Shown here in pieces: positions 19,826-29,830 of a stretch of 64,000 bases of DNA. The stretch is from a virus, in IMG/VR virus record IMGVR_UViG_3300024261_000015, positions 1-64,000 of that record; one strand, given 5' to 3'. The first letter of the stretch is position 1, and every line of letters begins with the position of its first letter. The translations under genes and the position numbers were made by a program. The notes under the pieces are model-generated. The model saw only the letters and a program-made list of their open reading frames with translations, made no database searches and had not been told where the DNA came from.

Positions 19826-21326
19826 GAAAGACCCAGATTTTTGGGCTAACATGCCCTTAGATGATTTGGCGTTTGGTAACGCCATGGATTGCGATTTTAC
19901 GCTCAGGGCTTATCATGTGCTTAAACAGCAGATGAAGGAGAAGGAGGTTCATAAAGTTTATGATAATCTTCTAAAGGACATCCTTGTTATCTTAAGCATG
20001 GTTGAGAACTTTGGTATTAAGGTAGATACTGATTATCTTAAAGTTCTAGATGATACCCTTATTACTGAGTTAGAGGACCTTAAAGCCAAGATTCAAGAGC
20101 TATCTCCCGTAGGGGAAGTAAACCCTAACTCTATACCAGAGATGGGGTCATTATTGTTTACATCCGATGGGTTTGATTTAACTCCTAGTATGTTCTCTGA
20201 GAAGACTAGGATGCCTCAGATTAGTGACGAGCATTTATCCGAGGTTTTAGCGGCTACTACCAACAAAAAAGCAAAGGAGTTTATTCAAACTCTTCTAAAA
20301 TATAAGTACCGTACTAAACAGCATAGAACTTACGTTAAAGGTGTAGAGAAAGCTATTGAGTATAATGAGGATGGTAGAATCTACTCGCAGTATAACTTCG
20401 CCACTGTGGTTACGGGAAGACTGTCTTGCTCCACTTACAATGTAAGCGGTAAAAAGAAGGGAGTATCTTTCCATACACTGCCAAGAGATGTTGAGGGGGA
20501 TGCTGTTAATATCCGTAAACTTATGGTAGCCGACCCAGGGAAGGCATTTCTCGCCGCAGACTTCTCTCAAGCGGAGCTTCGGGTACTTGCACAATGCTGC
20601 GGAGATAAAGCTCTCATCCAAGCATTCAATTCAGGAAAAGACCTGCACAGGTTTACAGCATCTTTGGTGTTTGGAAAGAATGCCGATGATGTGACCAAGG
20701 AGGAGCGTCAGATTGCAAAGTCCGTTAGCTTCCTTATCGTGTATGGAGGGGGTCCTAACAAGCTCTCTCAGCAGATAGGTAAGAGTGTAGGCTATTGCAA
20801 GGGTATTTTTAAAGCTTATCAGGACTCATTCCCTAAGGTTTTCAAATGGATTACTAGTATTCACAAGTTCATTAAGGAAAACTCTTACGCGGTTAGTATT
20901 TTTGGCAGACGTAGGCACCTACCTAATATTAAGAGCCCCCTTAAGAAATACCAATATCGCGCCCTTCGGCAAGGTATGAACTTCGTCATTCAAAGTTCTG
21001 CCTCGGACCTTATGCTTCATTCTATCCGCAGATTACACAAGTACAGAGCAGCTACGGGCTTAGATTTTGATATCTTAGCAACAGTACACGACTCAGTAGA
21101 GGTACAATGCGATAAAAAGGATATAGAGAAAGTAGCTACGCTACTCAAAGTGGTCTTACCTATGACTGATGATTTTAAGGGGATGTACGGAATTGATTTC
21201 GTAGTACCCTTTGAAGTAGATGTTGAGGTTGGTACGTCCTTCGGACACTTAATGGAGGCTGAGTTTAGCCCCAAAGGTAAATTACTTAATGCCCCGAAAA
21301 TTCAATCATTCTTCCAAGATGCATAG
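19800..21326 (+). CDS. polA: DNA polymerase A, C-terminal part (ExoIII plus polymerase domain)
   Basis: TGRLS; ADFSQAELRVLA (motif A); RQIAKSVSFLIVYG (motif B); TVHDS (motif C). Confidence 0.95.
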   Translation: MLTVAKQAKKDPDFWANMPLDDLAFGNAMDCDFTLRAYHVLKQQMKEKEVHKVYDNLLKDILVILSMVENFGIKVDTDYLKVLDDTLITELEDLKAKIQELSPVGEVNPNSIPEMGSLLFTSDGFDLTPSMFSEKTRMPQISDEHLSEVLAATTNKKAKEFIQTLLKYKYRTKQHRTYVKGVEKAIEYNEDGRIYSQYNFATVVTGRLSCSTYNVSGKKKGVSFHTLPRDVEGDAVNIRKLMVADPGKAFLAADFSQAELRVLAQCCGDKALIQAFNSGKDLHRFTASLVFGKNADDVTKEERQIAKSVSFLIVYGGGPNKLSQQIGKSVGYCKGIFKAYQDSFPKVFKWITSIHKFIKENSYAVSIFGRRRHLPNIKSPLKKYQYRALRQGMNFVIQSSASDLMLHSIRRLHKYRAATGLDFDILATVHDSVEVQCDKKDIEKVATLLKVVLPMTDDFKGMYGIDFVVPFEVDVEVGTSFGHLMEAEFSPKGKLLNAPKIQSFFQDA

Positions 21327-22332
21327 AACAGTTCTTTTAACTGACCTGCACTTAAGGTCAGACTACATGCCTGGATATCTAGAGTCTCAGATTTCCACCC
21401 TTACGAAGCTCGTAAACAGGAAACCCCCAGACTCAGTTATAATCAATGGCGATATCTTCCATAGAAGGAATCCAAAAGGTGCTGAATTATTAGCTTTTAG
21501 ACAGTTACTAGAAGGTCTTCATACTAAAAAAATATACATTAACCGTGGTAATCACGACACCATAGCTAAAGACGGTTCTACGAAAACTACTTTATCCTTG
21601 TTTTCTGATATTGCAACTGTATTTTCAGAAACTACAACCGTTCGTCTTGATACCGTAGATTTCGATTTCATACCTCATTACGAGGACGAGCGACTCATAG
21701 TGCGGGACCTTAAAGCCAGTACTAATCATGTCTTCGGCCACTTCGGGTTTGACGGTTGTGTTGCTAATGGTTCTTACGAGTATGAGTCTTATATTAAAAG
21801 GTCTCATTTCGGTAAGAAACGTTTGGTTTTCCTAGGTCATATACACAAACCAAAGATTTACGGTAAAAATGTCTATGTGCTTGGGACACAGTATTCAACC
21901 TCCTTCGGGGAGGCTAATGCACAGAAGTACATACACGAACTAATTATTCGAAATGGGGAGGTGGAAGTTATCCGTAAACCTATTGATTTCGGTATTCGAC
22001 ACGTCACCTCTACGCTGCATTCTATTGAAGCTGACTCACAACGTTACCGCTTCGACTCGTTCTTTACTATTTTACGAGTTAAATTAGATACTCTTGACGC
22101 TGCTAGTGAAAAAGAGTTAACAGAAATTCTACTAAAGAAACATAAAGTAAATCACTTGGAAATTGTCTTTGATGATGTACTTCCGAAGTATGAAGTATCA
22201 CATATAGATTACGATTCGCTGTTGACGGTTGACGATAATATTATCCACGAATACATTGATAATGCAAACACTATTTTCTCCAAGGCTGAGTTACTAGATG
22301 CTTTAGAGGAGATACGAGAATATGAAACTTAA
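21319..22332 (+). CDS. gp47: Recombination nuclease subunit (gp47/SbcD/Mre11-like)
   Basis: DLH, GDIFH, GNHD and GHIH metallophosphoesterase motifs. Confidence 0.9.
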   Translation: MHRTVLLTDLHLRSDYMPGYLESQISTLTKLVNRKPPDSVIINGDIFHRRNPKGAELLAFRQLLEGLHTKKIYINRGNHDTIAKDGSTKTTLSLFSDIATVFSETTTVRLDTVDFDFIPHYEDERLIVRDLKASTNHVFGHFGFDGCVANGSYEYESYIKRSHFGKKRLVFLGHIHKPKIYGKNVYVLGTQYSTSFGEANAQKYIHELIIRNGEVEVIRKPIDFGIRHVTSTLHSIEADSQRYRFDSFFTILRVKLDTLDAASEKELTEILLKKHKVNHLEIVFDDVLPKYEVSHIDYDSLLTVDDNIIHEYIDNANTIFSKAELLDALEEIREYET

Positions 22333-23935
22333 TACAATAAAAATAGAAAACTTCTTATCTATTGAAGAAGCAGAGGTAGACTTCGAGGATTTCTCGGAGC
22401 TTGTCCGTGTAGTTGGAGTTAATAACGATACCAAGCCAAAGTCTTCAAATGGTGCTGGGAAGAGTAGCATTATTGAGGCTGTTGCATTTGCTTTATTCGG
22501 AAAGACTATCAGGAAGACTACGGAAAAGAGCCTCGGCAATCTTAATACGAAAGGTAAATGCAGAGTAACCATACGAGTTAACGATAACGTGGTTATTGAG
22601 AGGACTAAAAAGCCTCCCATGCTTAAAGTAATGGTTGACGGCGAGAACTGCACCAAAGAGGGGGTTAGTCAAACTCAAAAATATCTAGAGAGTATCCTTA
22701 ATACGAATTCGTCCGTATTTTTAGCCTCGATAGTTTTCGGTCAAGGGAACTCCACCAACTTCCTCACCGCAAGCGCGGAAGAGAAGAGAACCATCATCCA
22801 GAACTTTCTAAGCGTCTCTGAGTTGTTTAAGCAGAGGCAACACATTAAGGCGATAAAATCAAAGAACAATAACGATAAGAAAGTATACAGCACCTTAGTT
22901 GATGATGCTAACTTTAAATTGGGTGTTATACGTGACCGTAAAAATGACCTTACGAAGATGTGTAAGGAGGCTGATAAATCCCTTACCCCCGAAAAGCTTG
23001 CTTTTGTTAAAAGCCATACCATTTCAGAGATACAAGAGATAGAGCGCAAGAACCATGATTTAGAGGTAGAGTATAACCGTCTACTTTCCAAGAAAAATGA
23101 GGTTCGTGGTATTGCGGAACGTGCCTTAGCGCGTATTGAAAAATACGAGAACGGTAAATGCGAACATTGTGATAAAGTATCTTTCCATATCTGGGAAATG
23201 TTACAAGAAGATAAAAAAATCGCTAAGCAATCAGGCGAGGATATGGAGGACATATTACCCTTTGTTCATAAGATAAGGAAGGAGTTGTCAGAAGTCAAAC
23301 TTCCTATCCAGCTTGAGGATTTCGACCTTATCGAAAAGGTTAAATCTTTTGAAGCGGAAATTGAAATATTAAAAGGTCAACTCAAGACTCAGAAGCAGAT
23401 ATGTAAAGAGCATATAGAGGATATGTCTACTGCTCAAAAGCAGTACGACCTTATGAGGTTCTGGGAGACTGCATTCTCAGAACAAGGTTTAGTTAAGTAT
23501 GTTATCCGTAATATCCTTTCATTCTTCAATGAGCGTTCTAATTACTATCTTGGGTTTCTAACTCAAGGTAATTTCTCCATAGAATTTGATGACCTGCTAC
23601 AAGAAACTATCCTCAATAAAAAGAAGACTTCTTATTTCAGTACGTTGTCTGGGGGAGAAAAGAAGAAACTATCCCTTTCCGTCATGCTGGCTCTAAACGA
23701 CCTCCTTCTCCTTACAGGAAAGGAAAGGTCCAATGTCGTATTCTTTGACGAAATCGCTGACTCGCTAGATGAGGAGGGTATAAAAGGGTTGTATGAGTTA
23801 ATACAACAAATAACCTTAACTAAAAGATTATTTATTATAACTCATAACGATAATTTGACGTCTCTTATAGAAGACTGGTCGGATATCTTAGAAGTTACTA
23901 AGGAGAACCACATCTCAAAGGTTAAAAAACTATAA
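22322..23935 (+). CDS. gp46: Recombination ATPase subunit (gp46/SbcC/Rad50-like)
   Basis: NGAGKSS, CEHC hook, LSGGEK, FFDE and ITH motifs. Confidence 0.93.
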   Translation: MKLNTIKIENFLSIEEAEVDFEDFSELVRVVGVNNDTKPKSSNGAGKSSIIEAVAFALFGKTIRKTTEKSLGNLNTKGKCRVTIRVNDNVVIERTKKPPMLKVMVDGENCTKEGVSQTQKYLESILNTNSSVFLASIVFGQGNSTNFLTASAEEKRTIIQNFLSVSELFKQRQHIKAIKSKNNNDKKVYSTLVDDANFKLGVIRDRKNDLTKMCKEADKSLTPEKLAFVKSHTISEIQEIERKNHDLEVEYNRLLSKKNEVRGIAERALARIEKYENGKCEHCDKVSFHIWEMLQEDKKIAKQSGEDMEDILPFVHKIRKELSEVKLPIQLEDFDLIEKVKSFEAEIEILKGQLKTQKQICKEHIEDMSTAQKQYDLMRFWETAFSEQGLVKYVIRNILSFFNERSNYYLGFLTQGNFSIEFDDLLQETILNKKKTSYFSTLSGGEKKKLSLSVMLALNDLLLLTGKERSNVVFFDEIADSLDEEGIKGLYELIQQITLTKRLFIITHNDNLTSLIEDWSDILEVTKENHISKVKKL

Positions 23936-24429
23936 TGCCTATTTATAACCATATTTGTTTAAACTGTCGTACTGCTACCGAATTAATTATTTCCTTTACT
24001 GATTACGCTGATATTGAAAAAGAGTTTGGGCGTTCTGAGAGCGGTAATATTAGATTTCCATGCGGTGAGGGTGAGTGTAAGGGGTGGTCTGAAAGAGATT
24101 ACTCCTTGGGAGTAGCCAATGTCTCAGTTAAGGGGGGTTACTTGTTCCAAACTAGGTCCTACCGCGCTGATGCGGAGCATGAATGGATGAGGAAAGAAAT
24201 TGCCGCTGCCAAAAATAGCATTTTAGGGGGGGAGGAAGAACATTCTGACTATAACTCTCAAAGACCCTATGCAGGGTACACTCTAGATGAGCAAGGGGCT
24301 AAAGATATGGGTTTTAATCGCGTAAGTGATACAGAAGCTAAAGCCCGTGCCGAGGTGTCTAAAAAATCAGTAGGCAAAGAAGTTGAAGGTGTTGAAAAGG
24401 CTCGAAAAAGTACTATAATAGAAGACTAA
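23935..24429 (+). CDS. FmdB-like zinc-ribbon protein
   Basis: MPIYNHICLNC...C....C. Confidence 0.6.
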   Translation: MPIYNHICLNCRTATELIISFTDYADIEKEFGRSESGNIRFPCGEGECKGWSERDYSLGVANVSVKGGYLFQTRSYRADAEHEWMRKEIAAAKNSILGGEEEHSDYNSQRPYAGYTLDEQGAKDMGFNRVSDTEAKARAEVSKKSVGKEVEGVEKARKSTIIED

Positions 24430-24887
24430 TGATATTTATAAAAATCTTAAACACGTCTAAGAATCCTACTCCTAAGTTTCATACAGAGGGGTCCGCTGGG
24501 TTCGATTTAGCTATAACTGAGGATGCTGTCATACCTACGGGTACCACAAAAATACTAGGTACTGGTATTCATATCATTATCCCTAAAGGGTACGAAGGTC
24601 AGTTACGGTTACGAAGCTCTATGTGTAAGCGTGGGTGTGTTATACCTAACTCTCCAGGCACCATAGATTCGGATTATCGTGGTGAGGTAAAGATTGCCCT
24701 TTCGTGTATTTCCCCCCCTAATACTACAGTAAAGGCTGGCGAACGTATAGCTCAGCTAGTGCTATCTAAACTGCCTACCGCAATCCTTCAAGAGGTGACG
24801 GCCGCTGAGTTTATAGAGGAAGAGACTTTTAGGGGTTCTGGGGGTTTTGGCAGTACGGGGTCAGGAATTAACATGACGGGACTATAA
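24429..24887 (+). CDS. dut: dUTPase (trimeric)
   Basis: AGFDL, RSS, GTIDSDYRGE, RIAQL and RGSGGFGSTG motifs. Confidence 0.96.
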   Translation: MIFIKILNTSKNPTPKFHTEGSAGFDLAITEDAVIPTGTTKILGTGIHIIIPKGYEGQLRLRSSMCKRGCVIPNSPGTIDSDYRGEVKIALSCISPPNTTVKAGERIAQLVLSKLPTAILQEVTAAEFIEEETFRGSGGFGSTGSGINMTGL

Positions 24888-24893
24888 TAGGTC

Positions 24894-26186
24894 GTGGCTT
24901 ACAAATTTCAAGATTCAATTCAAAGGGGTATCATTTATCTGGCAAAATCTGACGAGGCTTTCCTCTTGCAGATTATGCCAATGGTCAAGGACGAGTACTT
25001 CGAGTTCCCGTCCCACCAAAAGATGTATACCGTCATCACCAATTTCTTCCTACAATACAAGAAGCTCCCAACGGACGACCAGCTTCTAGAAGAAACCAAG
25101 TCTACTTTAACCTCTAATGAGTTATTCGGAGATTACCGAGACGAGTTAGGGGCTATTAATGGGCTTGATGAAAAATCTATTGATAACCAGGAGTTCTATC
25201 TTGATAAGGTAGAGGAGTTTGCTAAGGAGCAGGCTGTTAAGGATGCTATTCTTAAATCCGTTGACCACCTAAAGAAAAAGAATTTTGGAGCTATTGAAGA
25301 GGAGGTTAGGAATGCGTTTTCTGTTAATAGAAACGTTGACCTAGGAACCGATTACTTTACCGATGTTAAAGAAAGGTGGGAGCGTCTAAATAATGCCGCT
25401 ATCGTTCCTAAGTTCCGTACCCCTTTCGAGAGTATTAACGAGGCTCTTGAGGGCGGTCTTGCACATAAAGAGATGGCTATGGTTGTAGCCCCCCCAGGGG
25501 TAGGTAAGTCCTTGTTCTTGGCAAATCAAGCTGCCCGTTCTGTATTGGATGGGCATAATGTTCTGTACATCTCTCTTGAAATGGCAGAGGATAGAGTTGC
25601 TCAAAGATTGGATAGTATCTTTACGAGAATTCAGCAAAAGGAATTGGCGAATCGTGTAGACGACATTGAAGAACGGTTGGATACTATTTCAAAGCAGTGG
25701 GAGGAACGAGGTCGTCTTGTTATTAAAGAGTTTCCCTGCAAGAGGCTTTCTGTTACTGGACTACGAGCTTACCTCAACCAGTTAAAGAACTATGAAGATT
25801 TTACTCCTGATGTAATTGTAATGGATTACCTTGAGTTGATGAAGACGGAGAAAGACATGGCGGAGTACGCAGGGCAAGAACGCCTCGCACAAGAACTTCG
25901 TGGGTGTGCTAGTGAGTACGAATGTCTTGTTTGGACTGCAACCCAAACGAATCGAGAAGGTAAAAAGGTCAGCATTATTACAGACTCGGAGCTTGCTGAT
26001 TCGTATGGAAAAATCCGAGTTTGCGATTTAGTCTTTTCAATTAACCAAACCGAACAGGAATTCGATGAGGGTCTAGCTAGACTCTACCTTATGAAGTCTC
26101 GTAATGGTCGGGCAAGATTCATTACCCCCATCGCTATTGATTATACTAGACTAGTAATAACCCAAACCACATCAAATGACACCTAA
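24894..26186 (+). CDS. gp41: Replicative helicase (gp41/DnaB-like)
   Basis: APPGVGKS, ISLEM, DYLELM, TATQTNR and KSRNG motifs. Confidence 0.93.
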   Translation: MAYKFQDSIQRGIIYLAKSDEAFLLQIMPMVKDEYFEFPSHQKMYTVITNFFLQYKKLPTDDQLLEETKSTLTSNELFGDYRDELGAINGLDEKSIDNQEFYLDKVEEFAKEQAVKDAILKSVDHLKKKNFGAIEEEVRNAFSVNRNVDLGTDYFTDVKERWERLNNAAIVPKFRTPFESINEALEGGLAHKEMAMVVAPPGVGKSLFLANQAARSVLDGHNVLYISLEMAEDRVAQRLDSIFTRIQQKELANRVDDIEERLDTISKQWEERGRLVIKEFPCKRLSVTGLRAYLNQLKNYEDFTPDVIVMDYLELMKTEKDMAEYAGQERLAQELRGCASEYECLVWTATQTNREGKKVSIITDSELADSYGKIRVCDLVFSINQTEQEFDEGLARLYLMKSRNGRARFITPIAIDYTRLVITQTTSNDT

Positions 26187-26520
26187 ATTCCCTAAGCTAG
26201 AACATCCTATGGTTGTTTATACTGGCATCAAAACATTTACTATTAAGCAACAAGGTCTTCTTAAGGATAACCTTTATGGTTGTGTTGATTTCCCTAAATG
26301 CCTTCTTACGATTGACCCCAATCAATGCCCTGAAGATTACAAAGGAACTCTACTTCATGAAATTTGCCATATAGGTTTTGATTGTTATGGGCTAGGAGAT
26401 GATGATGAGATGCCTACACTAGGTAATGAGTACTTAACAACTGTAACTTCAAATATGATACAGCAATTTGCAGGGTTAAACCCTGAACTATTCACCTTTA
26501 TTTTTAGTCCTCATGAATGA
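26176..26520 (+). CDS. Small HEXXH metallopeptidase-like protein
   Basis: TLLHEICH. Confidence 0.6.
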   Translation: MTPKFPKLEHPMVVYTGIKTFTIKQQGLLKDNLYGCVDFPKCLLTIDPNQCPEDYKGTLLHEICHIGFDCYGLGDDDEMPTLGNEYLTTVTSNMIQQFAGLNPELFTFIFSPHE

Positions 26521-26965
26521 TATTCAAACCACGTATCACAGCCTCGAAACTTCGTATTTGGATATAACTAAAAAGTATCTCAATATCAATGAGCATAGCG
26601 TAGAGCAGGCACTTCTTACTCATACAGGAGTATATGCATTTTTTGGCGCGGTTCTTGCTTACGCCAAACGGGAGATGGAGAACTTTGGGTTTAAGCGTGA
26701 CCGTGAAGAGGCTAGGGTTAAAGAGGAAAGACGCCAAGAGTTTATAGGGGAGGGTAAGAAAGCTACCGACAGGGCTTTAGACTCCTACGTTATTACCTGC
26801 GAATCAGTAGCCAAAGCACAGCTTGCCTACCAAGAAGCATCGCACAAGTATTACTTAGCGAAAAACATCCTTAACTCCCTTGACCATCAGAAGGATATGC
26901 TAGTCCAAATATCTGCTAATAAACGAGCAGAATCCAAATTAATTGGGGATAATTACACCAGTTAG
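26513..26965 (+). CDS. uvsY: Recombination mediator (UvsY-like)
   Basis: Helical 150 aa, K.TD..LDSY and LDHQKDMLVQ; lies between helicase and SSB. Confidence 0.6.
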   Translation: MNDIQTTYHSLETSYLDITKKYLNINEHSVEQALLTHTGVYAFFGAVLAYAKREMENFGFKRDREEARVKEERRQEFIGEGKKATDRALDSYVITCESVAKAQLAYQEASHKYYLAKNILNSLDHQKDMLVQISANKRAESKLIGDNYTS

Positions 26966-27046
26966 ACTATAACAGAATGAAGGGAAAACGCACGCCACTC
27001 TGGCTTGTGATATCTATTCAAAACTAATTTCAACAATAAAAAAACA

Positions 27047-27796
27047 ATGGTAAACTTAGACGAGCTACGTAAAAAGTACGAACAAATTCAGAAAGCCCAA
27101 AGTGGTGGCGGTAACGATGATTTCCTTAAGAAATTCTTCATGATGGAAGAAGGTACTTCGGTTATTCGTGTTCTCCCTCCTAAAGAAGAGGGTTCTGAAT
27201 TCTACGCTGAGACGGCAATTCACCGTATCAACGATAAAAATCATCACTGCCCCCGAGTAAAAGGCGGCGACTGCCCTGTATGTGATTTGTATTTTCGATT
27301 GTGGAAGGTGGAAGGTCCGATGAAGGATGAGGCTCAAGACCTCGCTCGTCAGATTAAGCCCCGCAAACGTTATTACACAAATGTTGTAGACCGCCGAGAC
27401 GGTAGTGTAAAGATTCTTTCCATGGGTATGAAGCTCTTCGGTAAGATTCTCGATTGCTTCTTTGATGAGGATTATGGTGATATTACTAGCTTGGAAGAAG
27501 GCTGGGATTTCAAGGTCGTGAAAGATACTCAAGGGCAGTGGCCTAATTACGACAAGTCTGGGCCTAAACCTAAACAGAGCCAAGCAGGTACTAAAAAAGA
27601 GGCTTCAGAATGGATGGATGAGCTTCATGATATTCATGGCCTTGTAAAGGTTGCTGAGTATGATGACCTTAAGACGATGGCAATGGAACTAGAGACTCTT
27701 GTGGCTGGTGGTCCAAGTGGAAAGGGGACTCCTGAGTCCAAGGATGATGACGACACTGATTTTCTATCCAACCTTAAAAGCCTTAAAGTAGACTAA
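27047..27796 (+). CDS. gp32: ssDNA-binding protein (gp32-like)
   Basis: IRVLP, CP..CPVC, G.DF, PNYDKS and acidic C-terminus. Confidence 0.85.
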   Translation: MVNLDELRKKYEQIQKAQSGGGNDDFLKKFFMMEEGTSVIRVLPPKEEGSEFYAETAIHRINDKNHHCPRVKGGDCPVCDLYFRLWKVEGPMKDEAQDLARQIKPRKRYYTNVVDRRDGSVKILSMGMKLFGKILDCFFDEDYGDITSLEEGWDFKVVKDTQGQWPNYDKSGPKPKQSQAGTKKEASEWMDELHDIHGLVKVAEYDDLKTMAMELETLVAGGPSGKGTPESKDDDDTDFLSNLKSLKVD

Positions 27797-27800
27797 AAAT

Positions 27801-29048
27801 ATGAAAAAAGACAAGTTGAAGATTTTAGCTTGTCCTGCAAACGAGGGAGGATGCGCGTATTATCGTGTCATCCTCCCTTGTAATAAATTGCAGGAGTTGC
27901 ACTCTGATGAGGTTGAAGTCCGTATGGATATGAACCCTCTAGGATGGGATAAAGAAGCTATGCAAGCTAACCAAGATGGTAAGCCTGTTATTTTAAAGGA
28001 TTGGACTCCTGAAAATATTGAATGGGCAGACGTAGTTTTCCATCAGAACATTCATAACTTCGGAGGTAATTACACTTTGGAGTTGATGCACCGCGCAGCG
28101 CTTGCAGGTAAGTTAACGCATTACGATAATGATGACTTGCTTACTGATTTGTATGAAGGTCATAGGTTGTTTGGCGCTTATAAAGATAATAAACTCGCAG
28201 ACCTAACTAAGCGAATTTATGGTATGGTAGATATTGTATCAGTTACCCAGAGAAAGTTTGCGGAAAGGATAGCTGAGCATGTTGGTCGTGCTTTGGTTAT
28301 TATTAAAAACGCAATCGACTTTAACCTGCCTGCATGGAATGAACTTAAGTTACCCCCGCCTAGAAAGAAGCTAACTAGGATAGGATGGGTTGGAGGTATT
28401 CACCATGAAGAGGATGTTAAGGAGTTCCCTGGAGTAGCAATGGCTGTAAACGCTAGAGCAGGTCCTGAGAATGTACATTGGGGTTGGTATGGTCGTCCTC
28501 CTATGCCTGTCAATAAGGAGACGGGTAAGCCTGAGCCTGACTGGCAACAAGATGTGTGGGATAATTATCAAAATATGTTGAGTCATGGTATTAGACATCA
28601 CAATTTTCAAGTGTATGGAGCCCTACCTGCTGAGAATTATGGTAAGATGTACACTAACATTGATATCGCTATAGCCCCCCTTCAAATGAATAACTTCAAT
28701 GACTCAAAATCTGAAATTAAGGTTGCTGAGTGTGGTAGGTATGGCGTACCTCTCGTAGCTTCTAATGTAGGGTGCTATGACGAGACTATCTTTAATGGTC
28801 ATACAGGGTATCTTATTGATTCCGATAACCCTAAAAAGGACTGGGTTAGGTACCTTACCAAATGTATTAAGGACCCTAAACATACACGTGAGATGGGCCA
28901 GAACCTTAAAAAGGTAGTCGATAAGCATTTTGATATCAACAAAAATGTATACGGAAGAATTGAACTTTATAATGAGATTATAAAGGCCAAAGAAGGTACG
29001 CTTAAACATAAACAAGAAGATGCAGGTACAGACGATGGAAACAGTTAG
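27801..29048 (+). CDS. GT-B glycosyltransferase (GT4-like)
   Basis: GGCAYYR, DNDDL, IGWVGG and DIAIAPL..N.FNDSKSEIK..E motifs. Confidence 0.85.
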   Translation: MKKDKLKILACPANEGGCAYYRVILPCNKLQELHSDEVEVRMDMNPLGWDKEAMQANQDGKPVILKDWTPENIEWADVVFHQNIHNFGGNYTLELMHRAALAGKLTHYDNDDLLTDLYEGHRLFGAYKDNKLADLTKRIYGMVDIVSVTQRKFAERIAEHVGRALVIIKNAIDFNLPAWNELKLPPPRKKLTRIGWVGGIHHEEDVKEFPGVAMAVNARAGPENVHWGWYGRPPMPVNKETGKPEPDWQQDVWDNYQNMLSHGIRHHNFQVYGALPAENYGKMYTNIDIAIAPLQMNNFNDSKSEIKVAECGRYGVPLVASNVGCYDETIFNGHTGYLIDSDNPKKDWVRYLTKCIKDPKHTREMGQNLKKVVDKHFDINKNVYGRIELYNEIIKAKEGTLKHKQEDAGTDDGNS

Positions 29049-29196
29049 TATAATAGTAGCGGGTATCGGCTTTATAGCCTTTATTTTAGGATTCGCCCTC
29101 CCAGCCCTACAGTTTCACGTTATTATGCGAGTGCCCACTAGCAGTACTGCTAGGAAATCCCTTGACAAGGATTCTTACTTGAGGGGTGGGGAGTGA
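29020..29196 (+). CDS. Small membrane protein (not in ORF track)
   Basis: MQVQTMETVSIIVAGIGFIAFILGFALPALQF...; fills the gap and overlaps the next start (GTGA). Confidence 0.5.
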   Translation: MQVQTMETVSIIVAGIGFIAFILGFALPALQFHVIMRVPTSSTARKSLDKDSYLRGGE

Positions 29197-29807
29197 CCTC
29201 TCCTAGATTTAGTATTATTATGCCCCATTACCAGGGAAGTATCGACCATGATACTTTTTTGCGGGGGGTTAATAGCATTCTAAATCAAACGTGTAAAGAC
29301 TTCGAGATAATTTGTATTCATGACGGTCCTCTCCTTACAAAAGAAGAGTTTCCAGTCGAAGTTATCTGCACTAAGAAGCGTTATAATGATTGGGGTCATT
29401 CCCTTCGTGACTGGGGAATAAAGAAGGCTAAAGGCGAATACATTATTCATTTTAACCCAGACAACGTTCTGTATCCCGATTGCCTGGAAGTTCTCTCTAC
29501 TTACTCGGATGATGTCCTCGTCTTTGCTGTAAAAATGATGGGGATGATAGCATACGTTGATGAACAAGGGCAGGAGTGGAAAGCGTACCCCCATGAAAGG
29601 GATTATAGTATCTATACGGTCATAACAGGGAACCCTGTTAGGTTTAACAATATCGACTGCATGCAATTAGTAGCAAAGAGATGGGTGTGGCACGGTATAG
29701 GAGGATGGAAAGATAAACGCGAGGTATCGGATTTCATTCTTTACGAAGAGATAGGGTTGAAACACCCTCCTAAATTTATTTCTGAGGTTTTAGGAGAACA
29801 CTATTAA
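29193..29807 (+). CDS. GT2 glycosyltransferase
   Basis: FSIIMP, SILNQT, HDGP and GEYIIHFNPDN motifs. Confidence 0.85.
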   Translation: MTSPRFSIIMPHYQGSIDHDTFLRGVNSILNQTCKDFEIICIHDGPLLTKEEFPVEVICTKKRYNDWGHSLRDWGIKKAKGEYIIHFNPDNVLYPDCLEVLSTYSDDVLVFAVKMMGMIAYVDEQGQEWKAYPHERDYSIYTVITGNPVRFNNIDCMQLVAKRWVWHGIGGWKDKREVSDFILYEEIGLKHPPKFISEVLGEHY

Positions 29808-29830
29808 ATATACAACAACTATAACATTAT

